From NCBI GenBank assembly GCA_000697335.1, contig JNEM01012736.1, positions 1 through 44,819 on the forward strand: a stretch of 44,819 nucleotides of DNA, given 5' to 3'. A model generated the notes under the pieces. That model was not told where the DNA came from and ran no database searches. It saw only the letters and a program-made list of their open reading frames with translations. The translations under genes and the position numbers were made by a program. Below are positions 1 to 14,455 of the stretch, in pieces; the first letter of the stretch is position 1; each line of letters starts with the position of its first letter. The stretch is from Conidiobolus incongruus B7586. Lineage: Eukaryota.

Positions 1-2277
1 ATATACTATTCTTATTTAGTTTTTAAAGGAAAATTAATTAATAGTAAACTTTATATTTCTTTTTTAAATAAAACTATTTCAAATTAGTATTCTCAATATA
101 ATTTAAAAAAACTTATTATTTTGTATAATAATTATAAAATATATAAATTTAAAACTATAAAAAAAATTTTTAATTAAAAACAACTAAAAAACTACTATAT
201 TTAATATATTCTTTAAATTATAACTTATATAATTATAATTACTTTAAGTAATTAAAAAACTAATTTATAAGAAAGAAAATTTCTATAAGAAAATTTAATT
301 AGTTTGTGAAATATTAAATTTTAGTTTTTAATAAAAAGAATTGTTTTTTAAATGTTAGAAGTTTGTTAAAAGTATAACAAAAAGTTATTAATACTAAAAA
401 AAACTATTAAATTTATATTATATATTTATTTCTATATATTATATATTAAAATATTTATTTATTTTTAATTATAAAAAATTCCCATTATTTAAAATACAGA
501 GTAATAATATTTACTCTATGTGTATTAGTATATTTAACTTGGTTTTTGTTAACATTCAAATTATAAACAAATGTTTTTAAAGAAAATATTCATAAAATAT
601 TATCAAGGAATTGATTATACTTAGCTAAGATATTACATATTAATGTAACAATTGGATTTATAACAAAATAATATTTGAATTAAAAATTGGTTGTCTAAGA
701 AAGATTGATATATACTTAAGCTTATAATGAATATTCAAATTATGTTTAAAACTCAGGAAAATAAAATATTCTCAAGTGTCATTTATCACTTGATATCATT
801 GAAGAATTAATAAATATAAATGTATTATTATTTTCAACTTAATAACATTAAAATAATTAAAATTTTTTTAATGTTTCGATAATATGTAAATATAAAGTAT
901 AATCTTCGATAAGATTATGTTATAATTTATGAAGTTATTTATAATTTGATATTTGTACTAGAATGTTGAATCTTATAATTCTTGGAATGATATTAAAAGC
1001 TGTTTTAATTTATGTCAAGATCACAAATTCGAGTATATATTTTCAATAAGGAAGAGTATTAGATAAATCAATGGGCTTATTGACTATTTTTGGCAGATTC
1101 ATTAATGTAATAAATTAGTGTAAATAGATTGTTATTTTTAATGAAAAATTCAAAAATTACATTTAATCCAATTATTTCAACAAATTACTCTGTGAGTGTA
1201 TCAGACTGAAATTTTCATTTTAATTGTGATTATTTGTATAAATATAATAAATTAAACCAACCAAATCACATCAATTGTATGCTTAATATCAGAGATATGC
1301 ACCAAGAGAATATACTTTTAAAATAGTCAAATAGTGAACTCAAGAATTGATTGAAAATATAGCCAATACAGGATTTATATTTTAGTGTGAGTATTAAATA
1401 ATCCACTATAAAATAAACATTGTTTCATACTGAATCATAAAATTTTAAAATTTTCATCGATATAATAAGATATGTTAATATCTAATATTTATTTAAGTAC
1501 CATAGAGAACAATGAAATAAATTGCTATTTCATACAATTATTATGAAAAAGATACCCTTATATACTTTGCGCCATATTTTTGAATATTTTTAGAATATAA
1601 TTATAAATGGTGGCACAGATTTAATTTTTAAAATAAATTATAATAATTGTATCATTTTGAATATTTCCAAAGTTGGTGGTAATTTTATTGATTTTTAAAT
1701 ATTAATATATACATATATATGTATCCAAATTTTTAAAAGATGCAGATTAAATAAAAATCACTTGGGTATATTAGAAGTAAAGGAGAAGGATTGTCGCGAT
1801 CCTTTAGAACTCCTTATCCTTGGAGCGAATATGAGAGATTTGTTAAAGTTGGGTTTAATTAAATCATGAATGCTAATCAAAGCCTGTTACCTTTACTTTA
1901 TGGATTCCTCTGAATTGAACTTTTAATTTGATTGGATATCTCTGTTCTTTACTCAAATAATGATTATATCATTTTTTTTAGAAACTAAGTGGATAAAGAC
2001 TTAATCAAATCTCGAAATTCATTAATATGATTGGCTAATCTAATTGATGACTAGTATAAGTGAAAAATGTTTGGGAATCTTGAAATGGCAAAAAATTATT
2101 TAGCTGCATTAATAAATTGTTGAACTTGTAAAAGCATTGTTTGTTTATATATAGACATTAATCGATATAAAAAGCTGCTACCATTCTAACAATCCAATTT
2201 TTTATAAATCAATTTATAGCCCACTCAACCTAAAGAGCATCGAAAGCATTAGATCTATTCGTTTCATTAAATTCTAA

Positions 2278-4950
2278 ATGTCCAATAAGGATTCAAGCAC
2301 TTCTTTACAAGATCTCGCTGCTTCATTTTTCTTCAACTTTGCAGTTGGGATATGTATCTTTGCAGCTTTTTCTGTTTTAAGACCTTATTTCAAAAATGTT
2401 TACTTTCCTAAAACTTATATGGTCGAAGAGGAGTAAGTTCTTTTAATAACACTCGAAATTAATTATTCAATACTGTTTATAGAAAGAAAGCACCTTCGAT
2501 TAAACCAGGTTTATTTGGCTGGATGGTGAATGTATTCAAATTTGATGACAAGGAATTACTCAGAGTAGGCGGGCTAGACAATTATATGTTTGTTAGATCT
2601 CTTCGCAATTTCCTTTATCTTTTTGGCGGATTTTCAATTCTTACTACTATTGTTTTGATTCCACTAAATGTTACTGGAGGCGGCAATTCCACTGGATTAG
2701 ACCGCCTTAGTTCTGGTAACATAACAACAGAAAATCAAGCTCGTCTTTGGGCTCATTTAATTTTCACTTATATTTTTGTTGGTAAGATTTAATATATTTC
2801 TTTATATATTTCATACTTATAAGTACATAATAGGAGCAACAGTTTATATCTGCTTTTTCTCCATGCAAGATTTTGTCAAACTCAGGCACGAATATCTCAC
2901 TGATCCTAAATACTCAAAAACATTACACGCTAGAACACTGTTTGTTGGATCAATTCCTGATAAATTGCTAAATAAGCAGTCATTATATGATCTTTTTAAT
3001 GCTTATCCAGGTGGGGTTAAGCAAATTACTATCAATAAATCATCCAAATCTTTGGATGAACTGGTTAAGAGAAGAAATGACATTCATAACAAACTTGAGC
3101 TAGCTGAAACTAAATACATCACAGCATGTACGAAGGCAAACCGTAAGGTTACTAGACCTACCCATTCTACAGGATTCTTAGGAAGGTTCGGAGAAAGAGT
3201 AGATTCTATTGATTACTATCACAAGGAATTGGCTTTATTAAATGCAACCATTCAGAATGCAAGACAGAAAGATGACACGTTTCCCACATTAAAATCTGCT
3301 TTTATTATTTTTAACAAACAAATTGCGGCTCATATGGCCGCCCAAACAATTGTAAGTCATAGATATTTGAAAATGGATCCTCGTCATGTTGGAGTTAGAC
3401 CAAAGGATATGTTGTGGCAAAATCTCAATTTACAGCCATTGGAATTGATGGTTCGAACTGTTTTAGGCGAGGCTGTTTGCATTGCTATAGCTATATTTTG
3501 GTTTATTCCTGTTGCTTTTGTCAGCGGTTTATCTAACCTTAATGAACTTAAAACTAAATCTGGATTTCAATGGATCGGAGATCTCGATCCTAAATTCGTC
3601 AACTTTCTTCAATCCATTCTACCTCCTGTATTAATTTCTGTTCTTAATATGTTGGTTCCCATAATTTTCGCTCAAATTTCGACATATCAAGGATTACCTA
3701 GAAAAACAGATGTAACAATTTCGGTTATGAAGAAATTTTTTTGGTTTTTGGTAATTACACTTCTATTTGGTTCTACTATATTTGGTAGTGCCGCCAAAAT
3801 TTCTAAGTTTTGGGAAGATATCACTGGAGATCCCAAAGCCATATTTAAGGCCCTAAGCATTGCGCTTCCAAATAATGCTACATTTTTTATTACCTACGTC
3901 TTGCTAAAGGCTTTGAATGCTTCAGCACAAGAAATTTTAGCTATAGTAGATCTACTTAAACGTCAATTATTAACCTTGGTTTTTGTTTCCTCTCCAAGAA
4001 CCCGATTGCAATTGCTTGATATGAAACAAATTCAATGGGGTCAATTATGGCCAGAAAACTCTCTAATATTTAGTATTGGAGCAGTGTATTGTACTATTGC
4101 GCCCATATCAAACCTATTTATTACTGTATATTTCGCAGTATTTTACTTTGTATATAGATACCAAGTGATGTACGTTTATGATAACTCAAGCATTGAGACT
4201 GGTGGTTTATATTTTGTTCAATCTATTCACCAAATTTTTACTGGGCTCTATTTCTTAACTATAATGATGGTTGGAATAATGATAGCTACATTAATCACTC
4301 CTCTGATTGTTGTTTCTGCAATACTATTAGCAATCACAATTATTTCTCACTATCTTCTGGTGCATATTTTCAAAAACCATATAAGTTATCTGCCTGTTGA
4401 TCTTGGATTAAAGGTTGATTCATTAGATTCTGCCAGTCCATCTGTCGCTAGAGATGAAGAAAACCAAATTGAATTAAACCAATCCCTCCCAAGTCAAATT
4501 GGCTCTGATTCGATACCCACTCCCATACAAGAAACCAATCTCGAGTTCCCTTCGCCTAAAGATTTCGCATCCGATACCCCATTGGACCCATCTTCTATGA
4601 GTTCTCATGGTTTAATTCCTCCAGCTCAAAAATCACCTGGATTCCCAACCCATTCTAGTAAAGGCTCAAAGAAAGATTTGAAGAGATATTTTTCACATCC
4701 TAGCTTTTCATCTCCACAGCCCGTTTTATGGATTCCATCAGACGAATTAGGAATTTATGAAGAAGAAGCCGCGAATTTAAGAAAGCGACCAAATATTTCT
4801 TCTCCTTTTCCTTTTACAGATCTTGATGTAACAAGCCATTCCGCTTCAGTCATACCTCCAAAAGGCCGCTTACAGCTCAGAGCATACACATATCCTGAAC
4901 AAGATATGGATTCTGTGAGTATTTTAGATCTTGCATATACACAATCTTAG
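2278..4950 (+). CDS. CSC1/OSCA/TMEM63 (RSN1/PHM7-like) calcium-permeable stress-gated channel, 3 exons
   Basis: ATG at 2278 (MSNKDSSTSLQDLAASFFFNFAVGICIFAAFSVLRPYFKNVYFPK). GT-AG introns 2433-2482 and 2782-2833 join the two ORF-track pieces. Family motifs: GLDNYMFVRSL, RLWAHL, RVDSIDYY, SAFIIF, FFITYV, YQVMYVY..ETGG; many TM segments. Confidence 0.92.
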
Positions 4951-5996
4951 GAAATCTGAGGCAACTTTATTTCCACATCTATATATTTTGTAATTACAAC
5001 CAATGAATAGTTTTATATAATGTCTATCCGTTTTGAATATCACTATTATTTACTTAAAATCACTAAATTATATGAATAAATATTTTTGAATTAATTTTCA
5101 AATATATTTTCATATTTCAAAATTCATTGATCATTAATTCGAATTAAAGCTTTATATTAATATAAAATTTATAAAATATTATTAAATTGCTATTCTTTTT
5201 ATTGATATACAAAACCCTTTTTTAGTGTTTGGAATCAGTTGCATTTATCCATTTTAAATAATTTTTTACATAAAATCTTCTGGTAATAGAATAATTCAAT
5301 GATCAATTTTATCAAATTTATCTCTCTCTTTCTCTATATATATATTGGTATATTGATATATTTTTGAATATAATGAAAATGTAAAAATCGACTATCTGAT
5401 TTTATATTAATAATTATATGGTATAAATAATTATAATTTACTTATTTAAATGCATTAATTTTTGTTAAGATACATTCAATAGTGAGTATTACTTCATTTT
5501 GAACTGTTTGAAATAGTAATTCAAAATTTTTTGGATTTTTTTTTGTAATATTGGGTATTTTGTATTAAAACTTCATACTATAATTCTATTAAATATTAAT
5601 AAAACATTCATTTATTATCTATTTTTTATCCTTAGTATGTATAATTTTCACCAAAATCATAATCAATTGTGTCATTCTCAAATACAAATGATATGATTTA
5701 ATTGATTTGAAACAGTTGATAAAGGGTAATACCTTCAGTAGAATGATTCAAACTCATTCAAACAGAAATTGGAAAATATATAATGAATTATATTCAACTT
5801 GATTATCTTCGTTTAAAAACAGTATTAAGAAATAATTTGAGTTTAGCTATAAGGTTCTTAATCTTAAGTCTATACTTGATCTTAAAATCTAATAATAAAG
5901 TATTATTGTAAAACTAATATATTTTATACATTTATATTAGATATTTTCTAATTATTTAGCCTTTCGAGTTATACAAATAATAAACATTTTGAATTA

Positions 5997-6019
5997 ATAT
6001 TATATATATATATATATAT
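5997..6019. repeat. (TA)n microsatellite, slightly imperfect
   Basis: TATATA... run in the intergenic region. Confidence 0.8.
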
Positions 6020-6929
6020 CCTAAGAATTATCTGTTTGAGGCAATATCATCATTAATCATGGTCTTTCTTCAGCATTACACTAACGCTATCATTCAAAAT
6101 TTACTTTTGGTTAATAAGGATCAGAATTAATTTTTATCGTTATTATATCTATTAATTCTTAGATCACTTTATTTAATCGCAGTCAAAGCATAAATAAGAT
6201 TATATTTTAATAATGATTAATTATTATTTAATCCTATTATATTGATTAGATATAATTCTAAATTATTAAACTTTAAAATAAATTATTTTTAATAAATGAT
6301 TTTTTCACTTGTCAAAAATTTTTAAAATGAAATTATGCCATATATATCATTTCTTATCCAATATCCATTTTATAATTTGCTCCATTTCAGCTGATGGTTA
6401 TATTAAAATTTTTATAATATCATCTCACATTCTTGTAATCCAATAAATAATTATTAATGTAATTTAAATAAAATTTTTCAATCTGCGATAAAATAACATA
6501 TATGTGTAATATATTTGTATATTGTGGGGTATTTGACCTTTAAAATAATAAAAAATTAATTTTACAAAAATATAAATTTTAAATCAAATGTGTTTAAAAA
6601 ACGGTAGTAAATATTACATTATATGAAGATATATTATAAAATACTTAATAAATCAATATTTATATATATATAATTCCAATGATTTAATATAGTATAATTT
6701 ATTTTTATAAGTATTGTTCATTATTTTAAACCTCAATATAAAAATTCGAATTTTCATCATGTGACGTTTAATCAACTTAATTAAAATTTTTATCCATTTT
6801 GTCATATAAAAGGAGATGAACTTCTTAAAAAAATAAATTTTAAATTTATTTATTTATATTACTAATATATAAAATTATAATTAAAAAAGTCTCTCATTTT
6901 ATTTAATTAATAATAAATTTATTATTAAA

Positions 6930-8185
6930 ATGATGAAAGAGATACAAACTAAAACTGAACCTAAAACGAAGACGACTAGTTATATATTAAAATCTTTTTT
7001 TGCTGGTGGTGTTGCAGGATGTGCTGGTAAATTTAAAAAAATATGTAGTTTCAAGTGACTAATTTAGTGTTATTTAGCTAAAACTGCTATTGCTCCTTTG
7101 GATAGAGTTAAAATATTATTTCAAGCAGGTAACCCTTCAGTTGCTAGATACGCTGGTAAGTTTATATTTTATGTTATAATACTAAATTACTTTATTACAT
7201 TAAGTGTTCCAAATATTATTTGGAAATATAGTCTTTATTATATCAATGATACACGCTAACTTACTCCTTTCTCTAGGCTCTGCAAGTGGTGTATTTCGAG
7301 CTATGGGAGATATATATTCTAGAAATGGTATATTTGGACTCTTTCAGGGTAATACAGCAACTTTGGCAAGAATATTTCCATATGCTGCAATTAAATTTAT
7401 GGCTTATGAACAGTTTAAAAATGTAAGTGTATTTCAATTTGCTTGATATGTTTTTTATTAATTCAGATCGTATAAAATTAGCTCCTAGTTCCTAAACACC
7501 AAGCGGGTAAAAGTAATATGCAATTTGTTGCTGGTTCTTTAGCAGGTAACTTGAAAATATAAAATAATAACAATAATAATACGATTGACTAATGGTGATT
7601 TTAGGCATTACATCTGTATTTTTCACCTATCCAATGGACATGCTTCGAACGAGAATGGCATATGAAACAGAAAACCCTGCTGGTCTAATTCAAGCATGTA
7701 AAAATATATACCAAGAACCTATTGCGAGCAAAATAATACCTTTGAGAATATCTAATTTTTACAGAGGCTTTATTCCTACTATATTGGGAATGATTCCCTA
7801 TGCCGGGATGTCCTTTTTGACTCATTCTAAAATTAGCTATTATTTGAAGACTCAGTTTACTGAAATTGCTACTTATCGTTCTAGCGACAACAAGACTAGA
7901 CTCAAGACTTGGGCTGAGCTATTTAGTGGAGGGTTAGCAGGTGCAATAGCGCAAACGGTTTCATATCCATTAGAAGTAATTAGAAGGAAGATGCAAGTGT
8001 CAGGAAGGATGCCATCTCAAACTGCTTTTAGCTCAATCAGATCTACCGTCATTCATATTGCTAGAACTAAGGGATTTAAGGGATTTTTCGTAGGTTTAAG
8101 TATCGGGTACATTAAAGTAACTCCTATGGTAGCCATTTCATTTTATACATATGATAAAATGAAACAACTATTAGATATTGATTAA
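6930..8185 (+). CDS. LEU5: Mitochondrial carrier, CoA transporter type (LEU5/SLC25A16/SLC25A42-like), 5 exons
   Basis: Spliced reading: [28 protein letters not shown]..., [50 protein letters not shown]. Three PX[D/E]XX[K/R] carrier signatures; short GT-AG introns. Confidence 0.88.
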
Positions 8186-10043
8186 ACGATTGAACTAAGA
8201 TAAAATGTTGTAAAACGATTTTGATTATAAAATATATTATAATTTTATTATTATATAAATAATATTTTAAATTCACTTCATTCTTTGATTTCAGGTATTC
8301 ATTTCCTATGGTTTTGATTTTAGGAAATGGTGAAATATTTCGTACTAAAACTAATGAATTTAAAAAATTTTCAGTTACATCATCAAAACTCACTTTTAAT
8401 TGATATTTTGCTATTAACTTGATTGACATCATTTGTGCAACGATGTAATCAATTAATATTGGATTTAATCATCTAATTAATTTTGGTTTAAAAAAATAAT
8501 ATTGTCTTTTAAACCATGAAATTTTGGATTAATTATATTTTACTACATCCATTTACAATTCAATCAAACATTTGATTATTTTTGGAGTATGTTCAAAGTT
8601 TTTGCAAGAATTTTGTAATTAAAAATTAAAATGTTTTTTGTAAGGCTAATATGTTTTGATTTATATTAATTCCCCTGAATGTTCTATATCAATATATGTA
8701 ATTAAAGATATATAAAAGTTAATTTTAATGGTCAAAATTAAGCTCTCGTTACCCTCTTCACGCATGTCTTCAATTCTTCTATATTCCGCCGATTCTTCTC
8801 GAATATCATCATATTCCAAATTTGCAAAGAAATATCAATATAAGAATATAACTAGCTTTTAAGATCATATTAAGATATAAAGATATGAATGTCTTTTCTT
8901 AAAATATAATAATTATATTAATATTTAATATTTTTATCACTTACGTTCCTTTTAATCCTTTTATATTCAATTTACTCAATTGTTTTATTCATTGACTCTG
9001 CTACATTTGAAGACATTTTGTTTCCATATTAATATTGAATGGAAGAAATACTATATTTTTGTGATTATCACATTAAAATTTAACCTTGAAATAGCTCAAA
9101 GACTTACAGCAAATGATATTGATTAAAAGTTTACTTACATCCATTATTTTTATTAACATTTGAATTGAACGTTAATAATATTTTTTAGATTTTAAATGTG
9201 ATGTGACGATAATATAAAATTATAGTAGTTTCGTTTTTAAATATACCATACTGTTTCAATCAAATTTTATATTATTCTTAATTGAAGATGGTTTTTTTGA
9301 ATAACTATACTAGTATTAAAATATATTGTTTTATATATTAATATTCAAGTAATGGAGAGAATTGAGTATATATCTATTTTTTAATATTTATTGTTGTCAA
9401 CCATGATCTATATTTTATTGATTTGTATCAATATCTCTAGAAATAATATTATAATCCAACTACATATGATACACGCAATTTGATCGATCCATTATAAATA
9501 TGCTAAATCCATATATTGATTCATAATCATATTGAATTGAGATATTGATGAAATATTTGGCCATGAATTGATAAATATCAATAATATATAATAATGGCTG
9601 CAAATTCAAGAAATTTATCAATTTGAGATTAAATGATATCATTTTATATACTATGACTATGAATTTTATGCTGTATAAATAATATACTAAATACTAAAAA
9701 TACTGAATAATGATTTATGATGTTCTCAATTGAAGTTATATTAATATATATTTCATCATTCCAACACTATACTAACCAAATTATTGAAACCAAAATCAAT
9801 TCTATTTTTTATAATTTGACACAAAATTAATTACAATTAAATATCCCATAATGATTTAAAATTTTACATGACTATATACTGACCTTGTTTTTGGTGACAT
9901 ATTTTTAATCATTATGAATAACAAACACTATAATACTATTAATAACACCAATATAAAATAATAATAATATTAATAATAATATTCCAATTTAATACTCCTT
10001 TTATAGATAATACTTTGATTTTTATTTTTTTTAAAATTTTACA

Positions 10044-12286
10044 ATGCTATTACGTCTAATTCCAGATTATATGAAACATCTAATTCAACCAGTTTTACTG
10101 GAAAATGAATTAATTAAGTATATCATAACAATATATTACCTGTTTATATATCTTACTTAAATATTTGAATATATTAGGACTCCACAAACAATAATTACTA
10201 CAAATTCTGGAATTTTAACACCCTCCAATAATAGCACCAATCGTGATATCTTAAAAGTTATACATCCTGTAGTTGAGGACCCACCTTTATTTGTTACTAG
10301 AAGTGTATTTGACCATGTTCAATTCGTAATTTATTCTTCATATATTAAATTTATTCATTTTCTAATAGATATTTAGTTAATTCCTTCTTTTTATCCTCCA
10401 GAAATTCAACACCCAAATTTTCTTTATATTTTAGTTGATGAAGAGGTAATAAAACCATTGAAAACAAAGTAATTAAATAACAGATTTTTACTTTATCTAT
10501 TTAGGAAGATAAAAAACTTGAATTATTCTTAAATGATTCGCTTTCTAATTTCAACTTTAAGTACAATGAAGATATTATTTCAATGAACTCAATTCCCATA
10601 TCTAGCACATCAGATAATAATCAAAGCCAATCTGACATTAACCCTAGTGATTCTTTATTCAAATCCTCAAAAGAGCAATTGATCCAATTTAACAATATGA
10701 CTAAATCATACTATGAATCTTTATCTAAAAAATATAAAGAACTAGAATCCGAATTTTTTAAGCGCTCAAAAATTGAAAATGAAGCACGTGCCAAGCATGA
10801 ATTAGATCTCAAAAATCATCAAGAACAAGTCGATTTGGCTGATAAACAATATTGGGACAGGATGGAACAAATTACTCAGATATTGCTTGAATTTAATCCT
10901 GATTACGTTAAAACGAAAGCTAAATATGAAGAATTACTCAGAATCAAAGAAGAAGAAAGAAAGAGGAAGGAGGAAGAAGAACGACAGAGACTTGAAGCTA
11001 TTAAGCGCGCTGAAGAAGAGGAAAGGAGAAAACTTGCTGCAAAAGCTGCTGAAGAGCGTGCCAGACAAATACGAGAATTGCGAGAAAAAGAAAGACAAAT
11101 GCAATTAGAAAAAGAAAGAAAGGCTGCCGAAGAAGCTCGTAAAGCTAAAGAAGAAAAAGAACGTCTTGAAAAAGAAAAGAGAGAACAAGAAGAAAGAGAA
11201 AGACAAAGACTTCTTAGAGAGAAGCAGGAGGCTGAAAGAAGAAATGCCCCAGGATTGGTAAATTTAGTAATCAACTTTCTAATTACATATTTAATAGATT
11301 TTTAGAAACCATATGAAGAAGGAAAGAAAAGATACGATTCTGCTTTTGAGCTTATTAATGTAAATTTATCAAGTGTAATCTTTTGTTATGCCCTAACCTT
11401 TTTGTAGTCAATCAATCAACAAGTTATCCCACGCATCAAAGGAGATTCAAGATACAAGGATTTCCGATTGGAAACTAAGTTAACCATTCAAGGCAAATTC
11501 AATCAACTCACTAATTCCAGATCTAAAATATTCGCTTTTGCCCAAACAATTAATCAAGAATTGACCAATGCACGTTCCATGGGCGAAGACTTTTATAAAC
11601 TAGCGCTTAATATATTTGGGAAAGTTGCTGTAAAAAATGCTGAAACCGAATGTGGGCCTAATGCTGGTCACTCTTATCGTTCTGCTCTACTCATTGTCCT
11701 AGTGTTTCAAAGCCATCCAGATTGTATTCAGCATGTTTATTCCAGGATGATCAAAAACTGTCCATATATCGCTCCATATAGCCCTCGTGCTACACCAGGA
11801 ACTGACAGAGCTCAATACTTTAAATCAATTAATAGAGGATTTAGTGACGATGAACTTGAAGACGAGACTCTTTATGCTGAAAGGATGATGGGAATTGTCT
11901 CGGTATACGCAGCTATCTGTCAAACTACTCCTCCTAAGGGACAAAACCCGTATGGTATAGAATATTTGTGGACTTGGTTTGCAGCTACCCTCAATTCTCC
12001 TCCTGTCAGAGTCACACCGGATTTGATCAATTCGGCTTTAAATGTAATGATTTTACTATTATATTAATCAAATTATCTAATGACATTGGTTTAGATCGCT
12101 GGAAACAAACTCTCGCAAACTTATGGTATACAATTTTTCAAACTTATAGATTACATTCGATTCAAATATTTGGAAAAGCTATCCAAAGATTCAGTTTCAG
12201 CTAACTCACAGCTAAAAGTTGTGGTATCCAATTTCATGAAGAATCGCACTTTACCTCCTATTGAAGGCTCTGTAATTGATTATTAA
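10044..12286 (+). CDS. GLE1: Nucleoporin/mRNA export factor Gle1, multi-exon
   Basis: Charged coiled-coil middle region followed by a Gle1 C-terminal domain (YAERMMGIVSVYAAI, NPYGIEYLWTWFAATLN). Putative ATG at 10044 links through short introns; stop TAA at 12284-12286. N-terminal exons are less certain. Confidence 0.82.
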
Positions 12287-12773
12287 TATCAATTACATTC
12301 TCATATTTATCATGTAAAATTTATTCAATATAAAGTTATACTATCACAATTATGAGCATAAATCAATAATCTATAGTTAATGATTTCGCATGTATATCAT
12401 TCTGATCCAATTATTTGACAAAGCATAACTAAACAAAATCATAAATTTTTATTGTCAAATAAAAATCTTATTCAATATAAAATATCTAAATATTCAACCT
12501 TCTAATCACTTGTTCAAACATAAATAAATCCATTAATAATTTTGCTCTATTTTACAATTATAATTATATTGTTGTAGCAATCAAATATATTATAACTTTA
12601 TTTCATAGTTTGAGTAATTTTAAAATCAGATATTAATAAAAGTATAAAAACTATTGAAAATGTAATCCCATAAAATGATTATAGAGCTGTTAATATTTAA
12701 ATTTGAATAACTGTGAGTAATTAAAAAAATATTAAAGAAATTAAAATAAATAAAAAATTATTACATTATATAA

Positions 12774-13624
12774 ATGTCTTTATTAAATCATTTTTTAAGT
12801 CGATATACTAAGAATTTTAGAAGCACTTTGAATAAAGGTAAAATCAAATTATCAATTTAATACTTGGTGATAATTAATTTTTTAGTAAAACACTTTGATG
12901 ATATTATCGATTGGAGGAAAGAATTAACTTTAACCAAATTTCAAAATGAAGCTGATGTTGACAATTGGTTGATCGGTTCCGATAAGGATATTGGGGGGAA
13001 ATCTGAAGCTAAATTAGTGTTAACTGAAAATAATACTGGTAATTTTATTTTATTATTTGAGATAAAATTATTTATTCAAATTATTTTTTCATAAGGTTTA
13101 TTTACTGGTTTTACATCAAATGATTTACCTGAACATTTGGAAATTAAAGTTCATGGTTATGCTGCTTTAAGGACTAAAGTAATATTTAATAATATAACAG
13201 TACTCGCAAATATTTATTTTCAATATAATAATAGGATGATTTATTCTCAGATGATTGCTTAGATACTTCCCCGTTCAGATATTTATTATTGAGAGTAAAA
13301 GGAGATCACAGAAAATATATGGTAAATATCCAGACAGATGGTATTATTCAAACCGATATCTATCAACACCGTTTGTTTCTAAAAACACCCAATCAATGGG
13401 AGAACGTACTGATTCCATTTAATGACTTTACATTGACGAATGATGGTAATTTGGAGCCCAATCAAACTAGAATGTTCAGAGAAAAAGTGAAAACAATTGG
13501 TATTGGTTTAATAGATCGTCAAGAGGGCGAATTTAACTTAGAGATTGATACAATTAAATGCTTTAATACTGAATTTTCTGATGGAGATATGGATAGAATG
13601 CCTAGCCTTGAAACCCAAGTTTAA
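12774..13624 (+). CDS. CIA30: Complex I intermediate-associated protein 30 (CIA30/NDUFAF1), 4 exons
   Basis: WLIGSDKDIGGKSEA, GYAALRTK, LRVKGDHRKYMVNIQTD, DIYQHRLFL, IPFNDFTLTN, KTIGIGLIDRQEGEFNLEID are typical CIA30 motifs. ATG at 12774. Confidence 0.9.
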
Positions 13625-13999
13625 TACTATTTAAATTAAAGTGACATAAAATAAATATCAAGTAATAATCAATTTTAAAAATTATATAAAATTATAATTG
13701 AATAAAAATCAATAAATTATATTTTTATAATAAATTGATTAAGGCAAATATTGATAATTGATCATTAAGTGATATCGAAAGAGTAAATACAATGATTTTG
13801 ATTACTTCATGAATTGGACTAGTGTTTTTAATGCTAGTAATTAAATTGATTAATTGAATTTTGAAATATAATTGCAATGATTTTGTAGTATAATCAAATT
13901 CTGTATGAATTAATTGAATATAAATATATTAGTACGAATATATAAAATAACAAAATAAAACTTAATTAATTTAATTTTATTGGTTCAAGAAAGATAATT

Positions 14000-14455
14000 T
14001 TAACGGGAGCTGTTTTTGACCAAAATATTGACATCCTTTTCCAATTCGTTGATTTGACCTTTCAATTCTAATACTTCAACACCTACAGAATCATGTAATT
14101 TGCGGATATCTCCCTTTAAGCGATCAATTTGATCAATTTTAGCGGTACTTTCCTTTAACTTGGAAATTTCATTGGCAACACTTTCGATTTGACGAGCGTA
14201 TTCTCTAACTTTATCAGCAGAAATTTGTAATTCTCTGATGGAATGGAGTAAAAGACCTGTGGCAACTTGGTAATCATGAATTAAAAAGTAATAACCGGTA
14301 CTTCCAGCAACAGTAGCGCCTACTAAAAATCCAATTAATCCACCTCGAAAACCTCCCATACGGGGTTGAGTAACGGTGGAATTAAAGCGTACACCGTTGA
14401 ATTGTTGAGTGAAAGACTTAGACTTGAGTTGATTGATTAAGGTTCTGCTAATCAT
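14000..14455 (-). CDS. Small uncharacterised mitochondrial membrane protein (presequence + TM helix + coiled coil)
   Basis: Intronless 151-aa ORF. Basic, acid-free N-terminus ending RFNST; hydrophobic GGLIGFLVGATVAGSTGYYFLI; heptad-rich C-terminus; coding-like composition. Confidence 0.75.
   Translation of the reverse strand: MISRTLINQLKSKSFTQQFNGVRFNSTVTQPRMGGFRGGLIGFLVGATVAGSTGYYFLIHDYQVATGLLLHSIRELQISADKVREYARQIESVANEISKLKESTAKIDQIDRLKGDIRKLHDSVGVEVLELKGQINELEKDVNILVKNSSR

Noticed and set aside
1..520. Extremely AT-rich stretch as a RIP-like degenerate transposon
   Set aside because: No terminal repeats or protein motifs could be recovered; cannot be supported from sequence alone.
9460..9642. 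Short I/N/K/F-rich ORFs (also 22404-22592, 24472-24696, 39400-39603, 8124-8432)
   Set aside because: Composition matches random AT-rich DNA or pseudogene debris; no recognisable motifs.
10887..11274. Alternative-frame and antisense ORFs within GLE1
   Set aside because: By-products of the low-complexity E/K/R coiled-coil region.
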